Notes: generated by a model from the sequence alone, not told the origin. A stretch of DNA of 44,053 nucleotides from a virus (IMGVR_UViG_3300022745_000008:1-44053); one strand, 5' to 3'; positions 6,960 through 15,273 are shown, counted from the stretch's first letter. Numbers and translations: made by a program.

Positions 6960-7475
6960 TCATGGGAGTTGCTGCGGGATGGTGGAGGATTCAAAAGGGA
7001 CGTGGGAGTAGATTTTACCACGACATATATTGAGGATGGTTGCGGGGGTTGTGAAGAAGCGATCCGCTATGGTTTGAAGGGTGGAGCCCGCAATCCTATC
7101 GCGGCGGATGCGGAGGATTTGATCTGGGGTGAATTTAAGGGCTCGCTGCTTGGTGGGGAGTGGCGTTTTGCGGACGGGATTAGGTGAAAGATAAAGGTGC
7201 TCTTTTGTGAGGCAAAGGGGATTTTTGCAGGTCTGGAGAATTTGGTGATCCGGTGGAATAGGGCCGTAGTGATATTCATAGGCGACACGATGAGCGCGGC
7301 GGGTTTTGTTTTCAATGGAAAGAATGCCTGCGTTTTCGTCGCGTGCTCCAGTCCATAGGCGACAGCCGGAAGGGGTAGGCGGCGAGTGGCGGGAGAGAAA
7401 GCGCTCTTCTTGGCCTAGTTTGGTGAATGGGTAGGGGAGGGTTACGAGGCGGGGGGATGGGAGTGGGGTGGGCAT
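6960..7475 (-). CDS. HNH homing-type endonuclease with C-terminal HTH (171 aa from Met50; ORF extends to 7622)
   Basis: GCRLWTGARDENAG...RRAHRVAYEYHYGPIPPDHQILQTCKNPLCLTKEHL matches the CxxWxG...AHR...H.C.N..C..P.HL pattern of phage HNH nucleases. It is followed by FTPDQILRIRRDRIAGSTLQTIADRF (HTH-like). The upstream 49 codons are low-complexity Pro/Ser. Confidence 0.8.
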   Translation of the reverse strand: MPTPLPSPRLVTLPYPFTKLGQEERFLSRHSPPTPSGCRLWTGARDENAGILSIENKTRRAHRVAYEYHYGPIPPDHQILQTCKNPLCLTKEHLYLSPNPVRKTPLPTKQRALKFTPDQILRIRRDRIAGSTLQTIADRFFTTPATILNICRGKIYSHVPFESSTIPQQLP

Positions 7476-7540
7476 GGGAAGGGATTTTAGGGGGGATGAG
7501 GGGGATGGCAAGGAAAATTTTCTGTATCTGAAAATGAGGC

Positions 7541-7551
7541 GGGGGGGGGGG
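7541..7551. repeat. G11 (C11 on the minus strand) homopolymer
   Basis: Counted directly. It is part of GAGGCGGGGGG, which also occurs at 7446-7456. Confidence 0.9.
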
Positions 7552-7584
7552 TATGTTTTATAGAAAAAATTAGAAACAACTTGA

Positions 7585-7599
7585 CCCCCCTCAGGGGGG
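7585..7599. other. CCCCCC-TCA-GGGGGG hairpin
   Basis: Read directly: 6-bp all-G:C stem with a 3-nt loop, inside the low-complexity region upstream of the HNH domain. Confidence 0.5.
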
Positions 7600-7695
7600 C
7601 CCATTCCGATACTCGACATCATTTACGAATATAATCCCAAGAGGGGGAAAGAGCAAAATTTCAAGTTTGCCATCATGACCTGTATAAACACGCTT

Positions 7696-7727
7696 GCGCG
7701 CAGGATGCTTTTACACACCCTGCTCGC
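7696..7727 (-). terminator. Possible stem-loop after 7737..8249
   Basis: 9-bp stem with 1 mismatch (7696-7704/7719-7727) and a 14-nt loop. On the minus strand only a weak T-rich stretch follows (AAGCGTGTTTAT). Confidence 0.3.
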
Positions 7728-7736
7728 CTTGCGTAT

Positions 7737-8249
7737 TTATTCCCCTGCGAGCTTGGCTTTATAAGCGTTCAGGTCATCTTCGGAGATGTCAGGGAATCCC
7801 GCTTTCACCACGTCCCATTTCACCCCGGTAGACAGGATAGTAAGAATCGTGTCCATCTTGATTTCCTTCGCGCTCTTACGGTTTCCACCGTTACGAGGTG
7901 CTTTGAACTCCAGAATCTCTAGCCACGCATCCATATTATCCCCTCCAAACTCCCCGCCCTTTGCAGGGAAGGGGTCACGGCCCGCCTTTTCCATCCTATC
8001 CGCCGTCACGCCGTAGGAGTGAAGGAACTGGCTCACCGCTCCGCCGCTCTTGGCATTCTCTGCTTTGGAGTTCTCAACCTCCTTGTCGAAAACCTCCCCT
8101 ACTAGCGCCATAAACGCCGCCTTCGGCAGTGAATAGCTATACTGCTTCCCACTGCCTTCTTTCCCCCGCTCGCCACCGCTTGTGACGCGGATGGCAAGCA
8201 TGGTATCCAGTCCCTTACCTTGACCTTGAGTTTCGTTATTTGTGCTCAT
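7737..8249 (-). CDS. Hypothetical Gly/Lys-rich protein (170 aa), first gene of the leftward arm
   Basis: ATG ORF next to the divergent control region. No family recognised. Confidence 0.65.
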   Translation of the reverse strand: MSTNNETQGQGKGLDTMLAIRVTSGGERGKEGSGKQYSYSLPKAAFMALVGEVFDKEVENSKAENAKSGGAVSQFLHSYGVTADRMEKAGRDPFPAKGGEFGGDNMDAWLEILEFKAPRNGGNRKSAKEIKMDTILTILSTGVKWDVVKAGFPDISEDDLNAYKAKLAGE

Positions 8250-8646
8250 ATCTCTATGCTTCTATTTGTTCTTAGGTTTCTTGCGAGTCGGCAATGCGCG
8301 CCTCCTGTCACCCTATACCGAAAAGCCGAGCACTTTGCCCAGCCGGGGTGTGTGGCGCTATTTATATCCCTCCCCCGCGGGTGAGAGAAACCAAGTCCTT
8401 CCTCAAATCTCAAAATCCCTCCCTTTGGAATTTAGCCACTACAACGAATTTCCCAAATTTCCTTTGAAATTCCGCCGCGCCGCCGCGATCATTACCGCCA
8501 TGAGAGCGAATCCCACTCCATCCTCCGGGCCAGTAACCATCAAACACGTCCGCAACAACGTCCCTCCCACCGTGCCAGCGGCCAGTGTCAACACACTAAA
8601 AGCGCCTTCCAAGCCCTAATACAGGTAAACCTACATTCTCCCTCCC
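8250..8646. promoter_or_regulatory. Divergent control region between the two arms
   Basis: 397 bp between oppositely oriented first genes. Exact 8-mer TCCCTCCC at 8367, 8416, 8561 and 8639, the last abutting the ATG at 8647. GGAATTT/AAATTCC inverted repeat at 8428-8434/8467-8473. No canonical promoter hexamers identified. Confidence 0.5.
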
Positions 8647-9201
8647 ATGTCTTTCACAATCCTCCCCCTAACCACCCCTCAGGGGCAAAATGGGTCAAAG
8701 GGTTTAACCCATTCTGACAGAGGGAAGGTCGTGGACTTGGGTTTGGGAGACTTGGTTGGTGGGTATGTTCCTATGGTAAGAGAGGACGCGCCGAAGGTGT
8801 TGGATAGTAAGTTGGATGTGAAGAGAATTGCCGCGTTATGGGCGAGGGGAGTGCCACCGAATGAGATATCGGAAGTCCTTGGGATGAGCGATGTGTTGTT
8901 GAGTGAGCTCATGCGATCTGAAGAGTTCTCCTTGGCGGTGAACGCCTTGTTGGCGACACGGGAGATTTTGAGTATTGAGAAGGCTCTGGAGAGTTCCGCC
9001 GTAGAGGCGTTGCTTACTCTCAGAGACCTGGCTACGAATGGGGAGAACGAGGCGGTAAAAGCCAAGTGCGCGATGTATTTGGTGGATCAGTTCCGTGGGA
9101 AGGCTCCGCAGCATATCAAGCTTAGCCAAGGAAAAGTTGTCGAAGACCCCGTGGCTGAGGCAGAAAGGCTTAGAAAGAAAATTGGATACAAACAACTATG
9201 A
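8647..9201 (+). CDS. HTH DNA-binding protein, possible small terminase subunit (184 aa)
   Basis: First gene of the rightward arm. HTH-like GVPPNEISEVLGMSDVLLSEL is followed by a helical region ending KCAMYLVDQFRGKAPQH, a pattern I associate with TerS-type proteins. It is not adjacent to TerL. Confidence 0.4.
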   Translation: MSFTILPLTTPQGQNGSKGLTHSDRGKVVDLGLGDLVGGYVPMVREDAPKVLDSKLDVKRIAALWARGVPPNEISEVLGMSDVLLSELMRSEEFSLAVNALLATREILSIEKALESSAVEALLTLRDLATNGENEAVKAKCAMYLVDQFRGKAPQHIKLSQGKVVEDPVAEAERLRKKIGYKQL

Positions 9202-9503
9202 CTATTACAATCCCAGACAGCACTGTCACCACACTCATCGAGCGCAACACCGATCGACTTCCTAAGAAGTTTTTGTGGATGCAGAATTTCGACCTCTCTA
9301 ACGGGGTGTGTATAAAAGCAATTCCAGGCAGCAACGTCGAGGAAGAGGATATCGAAGTCGGTGCGGAGTTTTTTATTCCACCTGCTCAAAGCGAATCGCT
9401 GCCTGCGACTTTCGCCACAGATGTCGAAGCCCTGGTAAACACCAAATGGATTGCCAAACAGACCTCAGGTTCCTCAGTTAACCTCAACGTCGGACGATAC
9501 TAG
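9198..9503 (+). CDS. Hypothetical virion-module protein (101 aa)
   Basis: ATG overlaps the upstream stop (ATGA). Confidence 0.55.
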   Translation: MTITIPDSTVTTLIERNTDRLPKKFLWMQNFDLSNGVCIKAIPGSNVEEEDIEVGAEFFIPPAQSESLPATFATDVEALVNTKWIAKQTSGSSVNLNVGRY

Positions 9504-9511
9504 ACTCCACT

Positions 9512-10153
9512 ATGATCTTTCTCGCTCCTTCCCAACTAGAGTCCGCTGATCAGATAGTTCTTTCTGGAGGAACCAGGCTGCTTGTTCCCACTAGCGGAGG
9601 TTCAGGTCCAACTCAGCCCGATAGTCCTACGGGTCTATTGACAATGAGTAGTGGTTACAAAGCCGTGACGCTGGATTGGGACAACCAAGGAGGAGTGACA
9701 TTCTCAGTCTTCAGGAACGGCTCGTTGGTCGCAAGCGGTTTAACGGAATCGACTTATATCGACAACCCGCCAGCGGCAGGGACAACTTACAGCTACACAT
9801 TGACGGCCACTGATAACATGACGAGTTTGGAGTCTGCTCCTTGCTCTCCTGTAGATGGCACGAGCGGGGCAGGAAGCACTCCGAGCAACGACATCGCGCC
9901 GAGTATTTCCCAAGGGTTTAATGGGCTACTCTCTCTCGACACGACCGGATCGTGGTCGGGGGACCCGAACAGCTTTACCTTTACCAGGCAGTGGCAGTTT
10001 TCCCCCAGCGCAAGCTGGAGCGACATTGCTGGCGAGATTGGTGACACTTACCTCATGCAACAGGGGCCTGGGCATTACCGCTGCGTGGTGACAGCCACAA
10101 ACGCTGTGGGCAGCACGTCCGTCGCGAGCAACGAAATTTTCTACGACCCATGA
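9512..10153 (+). CDS. FN3 + Ig-like domain protein (213 aa), probable surface/adhesin or fibre component
   Basis: FN3-like segment: KAVTLDWDNQGGVTFSVFRNGSLVASGLTESTYIDNPPAAGTTYSYTLTATD. Ig-like segment: GDTYLMQQGPGHYRCVVTATNAVGSTSVAS. Confidence 0.7.
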   Translation: MIFLAPSQLESADQIVLSGGTRLLVPTSGGSGPTQPDSPTGLLTMSSGYKAVTLDWDNQGGVTFSVFRNGSLVASGLTESTYIDNPPAAGTTYSYTLTATDNMTSLESAPCSPVDGTSGAGSTPSNDIAPSISQGFNGLLSLDTTGSWSGDPNSFTFTRQWQFSPSASWSDIAGEIGDTYLMQQGPGHYRCVVTATNAVGSTSVASNEIFYDP

Positions 10154-10464
10154 GCGACGCCAATCTCTCCCAACCGGATGCAGTAGGAAAGGCCCTAGCG
10201 CCAGTGATCGACGGCGTGGGTTCCGCCATCAAAGCTGAAGGCTCCAAAGTTCTATGGGCAATCGTTTGTCTGTTCTGCGCCCTTATGGTTAAGGCGTGGC
10301 TAGAATACGAAAAGTATATCGAACTCCGTGCTGACGTAGCGGCGATCATGAAACGAGTAGAGCGAATCGAGAACAAAATAACAACGGACCACGATCGCAT
10401 TACGTCCTTGGAAGCACGGCGTTCCACGGTAAGCACAAAAATATCTTCCCCTTTCGAGCCATGA
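10150..10464 (+). CDS. Single-pass membrane protein with coiled coil (104 aa), holin/spanin-like candidate
   Basis: TM stretch VLWAIVCLFCALMVKAWL followed by heptad-like IMKRVERIENKITTDHDRITSLEARR. Sits upstream of the DUF1353-like and amidase genes. Confidence 0.4.
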   Translation: MSDANLSQPDAVGKALAPVIDGVGSAIKAEGSKVLWAIVCLFCALMVKAWLEYEKYIELRADVAAIMKRVERIENKITTDHDRITSLEARRSTVSTKISSPFEP

Positions 10465-10916
10465 ATACAATTACCGTCAACGAGGCCGAATGGCCGTTCC
10501 TGTCTGACTTCCGCGTATGGGAAAAGGCGGAAGGAACGCAGGTGCATGCTTATGAGCTGGCAGAGGATTTTCTGGTATTCAGCCAGGTGCTGAAAGCACG
10601 CATCACGGTCCCAAAGGGATTTCCTTTTGATGGTGAAAGTATCCCTCCCGAAATCGCCTGGCTGGTGAAACCTATGGGTGAGAGCCGCCGTGGAGCCTGT
10701 GTGCACGATTACCTTTACCGTTATGCCGGCTACAAGAACAGCATGGGCGTCTTTGTTCCTGTAACGCGAGCACAAGCTGACGCTGTTTACAAAGAGCTGG
10801 TAATTGCCAAAGGTCTCCCCGCGTGGCGGGCCATGGTGCGCTGGGCTGTTCTACGACTAGTTGGCGGCGCTGCGTGGAACGACAATAGTGCAACCCATCA
10901 CACGCAACCAGCATGA
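10461..10916 (+). CDS. DUF1353-like protein (151 aa)
   Basis: VPKGFPFDGESIPP...GACVHDYLY matches the FDG.S.P ... HD.LY signature as I recall it. Confidence 0.6.
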   Translation: MNTITVNEAEWPFLSDFRVWEKAEGTQVHAYELAEDFLVFSQVLKARITVPKGFPFDGESIPPEIAWLVKPMGESRRGACVHDYLYRYAGYKNSMGVFVPVTRAQADAVYKELVIAKGLPAWRAMVRWAVLRLVGGAAWNDNSATHHTQPA

Positions 10917-11431
10917 TCCCAAAGCTCTCAGAACTTATCGTTAAGCACGCACTGACTCAAGTCGGCGTCGAAGAACACCCACGCGGAAGCAATCGTGGTC
11001 CTAAGATCGACGAATACCAGCGTTCTACCTGGCTCGAACCTAAAGATTGGGGCGCTTGGTGTGCTGCTTTTGTGTGCTGGTGCGTGCGAGAAGCAATGCG
11101 CGAAGGTGAGCTCTTGGGAGCCAGTTACACCTTTCACCGCCCACAAACTGCTGGCGCTTTTGACTTCTCCAATTGGAGCCTCAAACAAGACAAGAGCACG
11201 CAAACTAAGCTTAATCCTGGGACTGACATCCAACGTGGGGACATCGTAATCTTCAAGTTCTCCCACATCGGCATTGCCACAAGCTCCGTTGGCGCTAATG
11301 GCCGCTTCGATTGCGTTGAGGGCAATACAAACGAAGACGGCGGGAGAGAGGGCTACAAAGTTTGTCATAAAATCAACGAACACGGTCGCCTAACTACTCA
11401 AGTCGCCACAAGAATTCGCATCACTGTTTAA
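10913..11431 (+). CDS. CHAP/NlpC-P60-like peptidoglycan amidase (172 aa), endolysin or virion lysin
   Basis: Catalytic-Cys context WGAWCAAFVCWCV, His context IFKFSHIGIAT, and CVEGNTNEDGG (EGNT motif). Confidence 0.7.
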   Translation: MIPKLSELIVKHALTQVGVEEHPRGSNRGPKIDEYQRSTWLEPKDWGAWCAAFVCWCVREAMREGELLGASYTFHRPQTAGAFDFSNWSLKQDKSTQTKLNPGTDIQRGDIVIFKFSHIGIATSSVGANGRFDCVEGNTNEDGGREGYKVCHKINEHGRLTTQVATRIRITV

Positions 11432-11437
11432 TCATCC

Positions 11438-12079
11438 ATGAGCACTGCCACTTACGCCTACAAGAATAAAAGCCGTCTGCTACAAACCATCCCCGGTGTG
11501 CTAACGCCAGTCGTTCTCGCTGACTTGGAGACAACAAGCAACAGCCCTATCATCACCATCTCCGACACAACAGGTCTCTTCCCTGGCATGGCGATCCACG
11601 CGCCTAATATCCCTCGCGGTGCGTTCATCCATGCGGTGCTTTCTTCCACTCAGCTTGAGCTTTGGGCTAGTAACTTCGATCGCAGCACAGGCGTTCTCAG
11701 CACTAGCAGCGACAATGCAAAAGCCACCGCTTCCGCCAGCGGTCTAACCGGACACGCATCTGGCATAAACATGGTGCCAGTAACAGACATCTACGCTCTC
11801 GGCACCTGGACAAACAGCTTCCTCAACGGCATCGGCTACGGCATTGGCACTTATTCCGATACCAAAATGTGGGGTATCGTCCCCGGTGGCGTCAGTGGCG
11901 GGGTCTACACTGACCCAACCCGTATCGCTATGTCCGACGAACTGCGCGACGAACCTAACCTACGTCGTCACAACGCGGAGCCTTGGGGCTTTTGGACTCT
12001 GGTAAGCACGGGCGGTTTCATCAGCTCCGTGCCAGCCAACGAGCAGTGCAGTCTCTGCTTGGTTTCTATCCAATCTTAA
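11438..12079 (+). CDS. Hypothetical protein (213 aa), possible fibre/receptor-binding component
   Basis: Ser/Thr/Gly-rich ORF in the fibre module. Assigned on synteny only. Confidence 0.5.
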   Translation: MSTATYAYKNKSRLLQTIPGVLTPVVLADLETTSNSPIITISDTTGLFPGMAIHAPNIPRGAFIHAVLSSTQLELWASNFDRSTGVLSTSSDNAKATASASGLTGHASGINMVPVTDIYALGTWTNSFLNGIGYGIGTYSDTKMWGIVPGGVSGGVYTDPTRIAMSDELRDEPNLRRHNAEPWGFWTLVSTGGFISSVPANEQCSLCLVSIQS

Positions 12080-12083
12080 CTCT

Positions 12084-12914
12084 ATGCACGAGCAGGCCAA
12101 AAAGTTCCAAATAAGAGCCATTCGAACTCCTAATCCTAAGGAGCGCGTAGTAGCCCTCTACGTTCCTGAGCACTTGTTCGAAAGCTCAACTGAGACTCTT
12201 CCAGGAACTACTCTATCAACATTTTTGACCCAGTTCAAGACAAACGGAGTGATCAACGAGCGGGGTTTCGGGGATTACGTTTTCACCGACACTGCAGAGG
12301 CTCCGGCTACTTATTTGGGGTTCTACTTCGCGAAACCTCTAGTAATCACACCTGGAGTGCCTTTGGTTCCTTTTAAGTCCTCCCTAATCAGGGAACCTTT
12401 TCTCTGGCGTCCGTGGTTGGTTTCTTTGTACGGCTGGGTGAGCACAAAGTATGCTCAGCAGATAATCACAAGCGGCGGGCCTTTATACAAACCACGCTTC
12501 TACGACAGACCTGATGTAATCCCTGGTGGGCAGTATGAAAGCGAGATTCTTGTAGAAGAGTTTGTAAGCCCTACTCCGTTCACGTCAGAAGATCTTAACA
12601 GTGAAAGTCAGATACCCACTACGGTATTCTATAACTACCTAGGAGTTCAGAACTCTATCGACTGTTTGCATGATGACGTATTTGTGCCTGAAGATGCTGA
12701 CGATTCTGGCTATGTGCATCCTAGCTTCGGTATGAAAGGCAGCCGCCCACATAAGATAGGCGGCAGACCAGGTCGTATCTTCCCAGCCACTGGCATGACA
12801 GGATGGGAGGATCATGTGTTTTCTTGTCGTCCTCAGTTTGTAGACGGTGTATACTATCTAGTTCGCAAAACAGTTCGCGTGCCTGATAACATTCCAGACC
12901 CTGTTCCTCAATGA
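12084..12914 (+). CDS. Hypothetical virion-module protein (276 aa)
   Basis: ATG ORF whose stop overlaps the next start. Confidence 0.55.
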   Translation: MHEQAKKFQIRAIRTPNPKERVVALYVPEHLFESSTETLPGTTLSTFLTQFKTNGVINERGFGDYVFTDTAEAPATYLGFYFAKPLVITPGVPLVPFKSSLIREPFLWRPWLVSLYGWVSTKYAQQIITSGGPLYKPRFYDRPDVIPGGQYESEILVEEFVSPTPFTSEDLNSESQIPTTVFYNYLGVQNSIDCLHDDVFVPEDADDSGYVHPSFGMKGSRPHKIGGRPGRIFPATGMTGWEDHVFSCRPQFVDGVYYLVRKTVRVPDNIPDPVPQ

Positions 12915-13726
12915 GCCAAGACCCATTACACTCTCTACGCAATAACGCTTTCTACTCTTCTCAGATTACTGGAGGTAGCGGGGTCACGGCTGGTGAGAAC
13001 TTTGTCCAATTTGCACCTACCATGCACCGTCGTCAGGAGGCTCCTGTTTTGACCCGTGGTGAGAAAGGAGATACTGGCTCGCAAGGAGCGACTGGAAACC
13101 AGGGAATCCAGGGCGAGAAAGGAGATCCTGGAGATCCTGGCGAGCAAGGCATCCAAGGGGAACAAGGAATACAAGGCGATAAAGGAGATAAAGGTGACAA
13201 GGGAGATAAAGGTGATAAAGGAGATAAAGGTGATAAAGGAGACCCAGGATTGCCTGGGTCTAACGGAATAGACGGTGCTGATGGCGCTCCTGGTATTGAT
13301 GGCGTTGATGGCGCAACCGGCGCAACCGGCGCAACTGGACCTAAGGGAGATAAAGGTGATAAGGGCGACCAAGGAGACCCCGGTCCAAAAGCTGGTGACT
13401 CTATCCGCACCAACCGCTTTGGCACTCGTGCTGTCGGTATCTGTGAGGGCACTCAAGGTCAGTGGTTCGATCTTATTCCAGCTAACGATCCAATCCACCC
13501 CTGGTTCGAAGAATGCCTAATTAAACCCATTCGATTCCGTTCTGTTTGCGGAGACTTCGATCTAATCTGCGGCATCCCAAAACACTGCACCTCCTGGCGT
13601 ATGCCAGAGAAATCCATAGAGCAAAAAACAAACGCTCAGGCTCTCTGGCAAAGTATTTCCCAAGCCACACTATTGCAGCGCATCGAGGAGCTAGAACGTA
13701 AACTGGAGCAATTTTGTTCTCGGTAA
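12911..13726 (+). CDS. Collagen-like triple-helix repeat protein (271 aa), probable tail fibre
   Basis: 37 uninterrupted Gly-X-Y triplets (aa 50-160, nt 13058-13390), including (GDK)x7. Cys-rich globular C-terminus with a terminal coiled coil. Confidence 0.8.
   Translation: MSQDPLHSLRNNAFYSSQITGGSGVTAGENFVQFAPTMHRRQEAPVLTRGEKGDTGSQGATGNQGIQGEKGDPGDPGEQGIQGEQGIQGDKGDKGDKGDKGDKGDKGDKGDPGLPGSNGIDGADGAPGIDGVDGATGATGATGPKGDKGDKGDQGDPGPKAGDSIRTNRFGTRAVGICEGTQGQWFDLIPANDPIHPWFEECLIKPIRFRSVCGDFDLICGIPKHCTSWRMPEKSIEQKTNAQALWQSISQATLLQRIEELERKLEQFCSR
13175..13237 (+). repeat. 9-bp tandem repeat x7 encoding (Gly-Asp-Lys)7
   Basis: GGNGAYAAR units read directly, in frame with the collagen-like gene. 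Confidence 0.9.
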
Positions 13727-13728
13727 AT

Positions 13729-15273
13729 ATGTTTAACCCATCTATACGAGAAGAGCTCGAAGCATTGAGGCAACTGGAAAAGTTGCAGAATGATTATGCA
13801 CTTTTTTACTACAAACCCAGCACTAAGCAAAATATTTTTCATCGGAACGGAGATAAGAAGAGGCGCTATTTGAGAACTGGAAATCGCTTTGGGAAGTCTA
13901 CGTGTGGGAGTGCGGAGGATGCTTCGTTTGCTATGGGCGAACGTCCCTGGATGGAGAAGAACGATCCGGATAGGTTTAAGGGGATTCCTCAGCGCCCGAC
14001 TAAGGGGTTGATCTTGGTTGCTGACTGGGACAAGGCGAGGGAAGTATTCACCTGTATGGAGGAGGGGCAAAAAGGGAAGTTGATGCAGTGGATTCCTGTG
14101 GATAGGCTTCTTCCGCCTAAGAAAAACCAGAGTGGGGAGATTGACTGTGTGCCTGTGAAATCTATTTGGGGTGGAGTTAGTTTGATTTACATCGACACCG
14201 TGGCGTCGTTTAAGCATAATCCGTTGAGTCAAGAATCGTCACAGTGGGATTGGATTCATGTGGACGAACCTATTCCTAAGGACATGTGGGTTGCAGCAAG
14301 CCGCGGTTTGATCGACACTGGCGGAAGTGCATGGTTTACTTGCACACCTATTGCAGAGCAGTGGATCAATGAGTATTTCTTGCCTCCGAGTAAGATGCGC
14401 AAGCGGTTTGATGACGGTGCGGTGCATGATGACTATCCTGAGCGGTGGGTTATGACCGGGTCGACGTATGACAACGAGACACTGTCGAAAGAGAATATTG
14501 AGATCTTTGCTAATAGTCTGGACCCTAAAGAACGTCAGTCTCGAATTGAAGGTATACCTAAAGCTTCGGCTGGGTTGATCTATTCAAACTTTGAGATGGA
14601 TAAGCATGTGTATTCTGATGTTCCTATTGGATGGAAGGATTTTGACGCACCGCCTAAAGATTATACTATCCGTGTAGTGATTGACACCCATGTGCGCACA
14701 GAACAAACGGTGCAGTTTTGGGCTACAGCTCCGACGGGTGAAGCGTTTTGCTGGGCTGAGATTTTTGCTGACTGCTTAATAAGCACGTTCTGTGAGGCAA
14801 TCTTAGAAACTCTTAGTGGGAGAATTCCATATCTTTGTGTCATTGATCCTAGTGCGTTTATTGCAAATCCGGTAGATGGAAGATGTTTGGCTGATATTTT
14901 TTGGGAATATGGCATCCCGGTGCAGAGAGCTACTAAGGAGCTTAAGACAGGCATCATGCGAGCCAAGCAAGCGTTGGATCAAAAGAAAACATACCTCATC
15001 AACGGGAGGGAAGTTACTCTTGGGACAGTGCGTTTTTGTTCTTCGTGCAGTGAAACAATCCGCGAGTTCTATCTTTACACGTGGCAAAAAGATAAAGAAA
15101 AGCCCGTTGACAAAGAGGATCACATGATGGAGTGTTTCTATAGGGCGGTATCGCATGGTTTGCATTGGGTTAGTCCTGAGAGCGAACCGATTAGCGAGGA
15201 GCTTGTAAAAGTCTCAGACCGCGCACTTGATCTCACTCCTTTCGCTGATGGAGATTTAACTCACTTTAACTGA
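13729..15273 (+). CDS. terL: Terminase large subunit (514 aa from the first ATG; TTG-extended ORF from 13714)
   Basis: Walker A LRTGNRFGKSTCG and Walker B WIHVDEP. Size and position immediately upstream of the portal gene fit (ATGA overlap). Confidence 0.8.
   Translation: MFNPSIREELEALRQLEKLQNDYALFYYKPSTKQNIFHRNGDKKRRYLRTGNRFGKSTCGSAEDASFAMGERPWMEKNDPDRFKGIPQRPTKGLILVADWDKAREVFTCMEEGQKGKLMQWIPVDRLLPPKKNQSGEIDCVPVKSIWGGVSLIYIDTVASFKHNPLSQESSQWDWIHVDEPIPKDMWVAASRGLIDTGGSAWFTCTPIAEQWINEYFLPPSKMRKRFDDGAVHDDYPERWVMTGSTYDNETLSKENIEIFANSLDPKERQSRIEGIPKASAGLIYSNFEMDKHVYSDVPIGWKDFDAPPKDYTIRVVIDTHVRTEQTVQFWATAPTGEAFCWAEIFADCLISTFCEAILETLSGRIPYLCVIDPSAFIANPVDGRCLADIFWEYGIPVQRATKELKTGIMRAKQALDQKKTYLINGREVTLGTVRFCSSCSETIREFYLYTWQKDKEKPVDKEDHMMECFYRAVSHGLHWVSPESEPISEELVKVSDRALDLTPFADGDLTHFN

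Noticed and set aside
8242-8619. 125-aa + strand ORF (GTG start) covering the divergent control region, including a possible 39-aa ATG ORF at 8500..8619
   Set aside because: Its start overlaps the ATG of the opposite-strand gene. The sequence is low-complexity Pro/Ser-rich and the region carries the repeated TCCCTCCC motif, so it is more consistent with regulatory DNA. The short 8500..8619 ORF cannot be excluded.
13175-13237. Tandem repeats considered as a possible CRISPR array or other repeat system, together with the (TTTGTTTTG)n run at 39511-39541
   Set aside because: The 9-bp units are contiguous with no spacers and are in frame within the collagen-like gene. The TG-rich run is the complement of an A/C-rich mRNA leader. 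No repeat-spacer architecture exists anywhere in the window.
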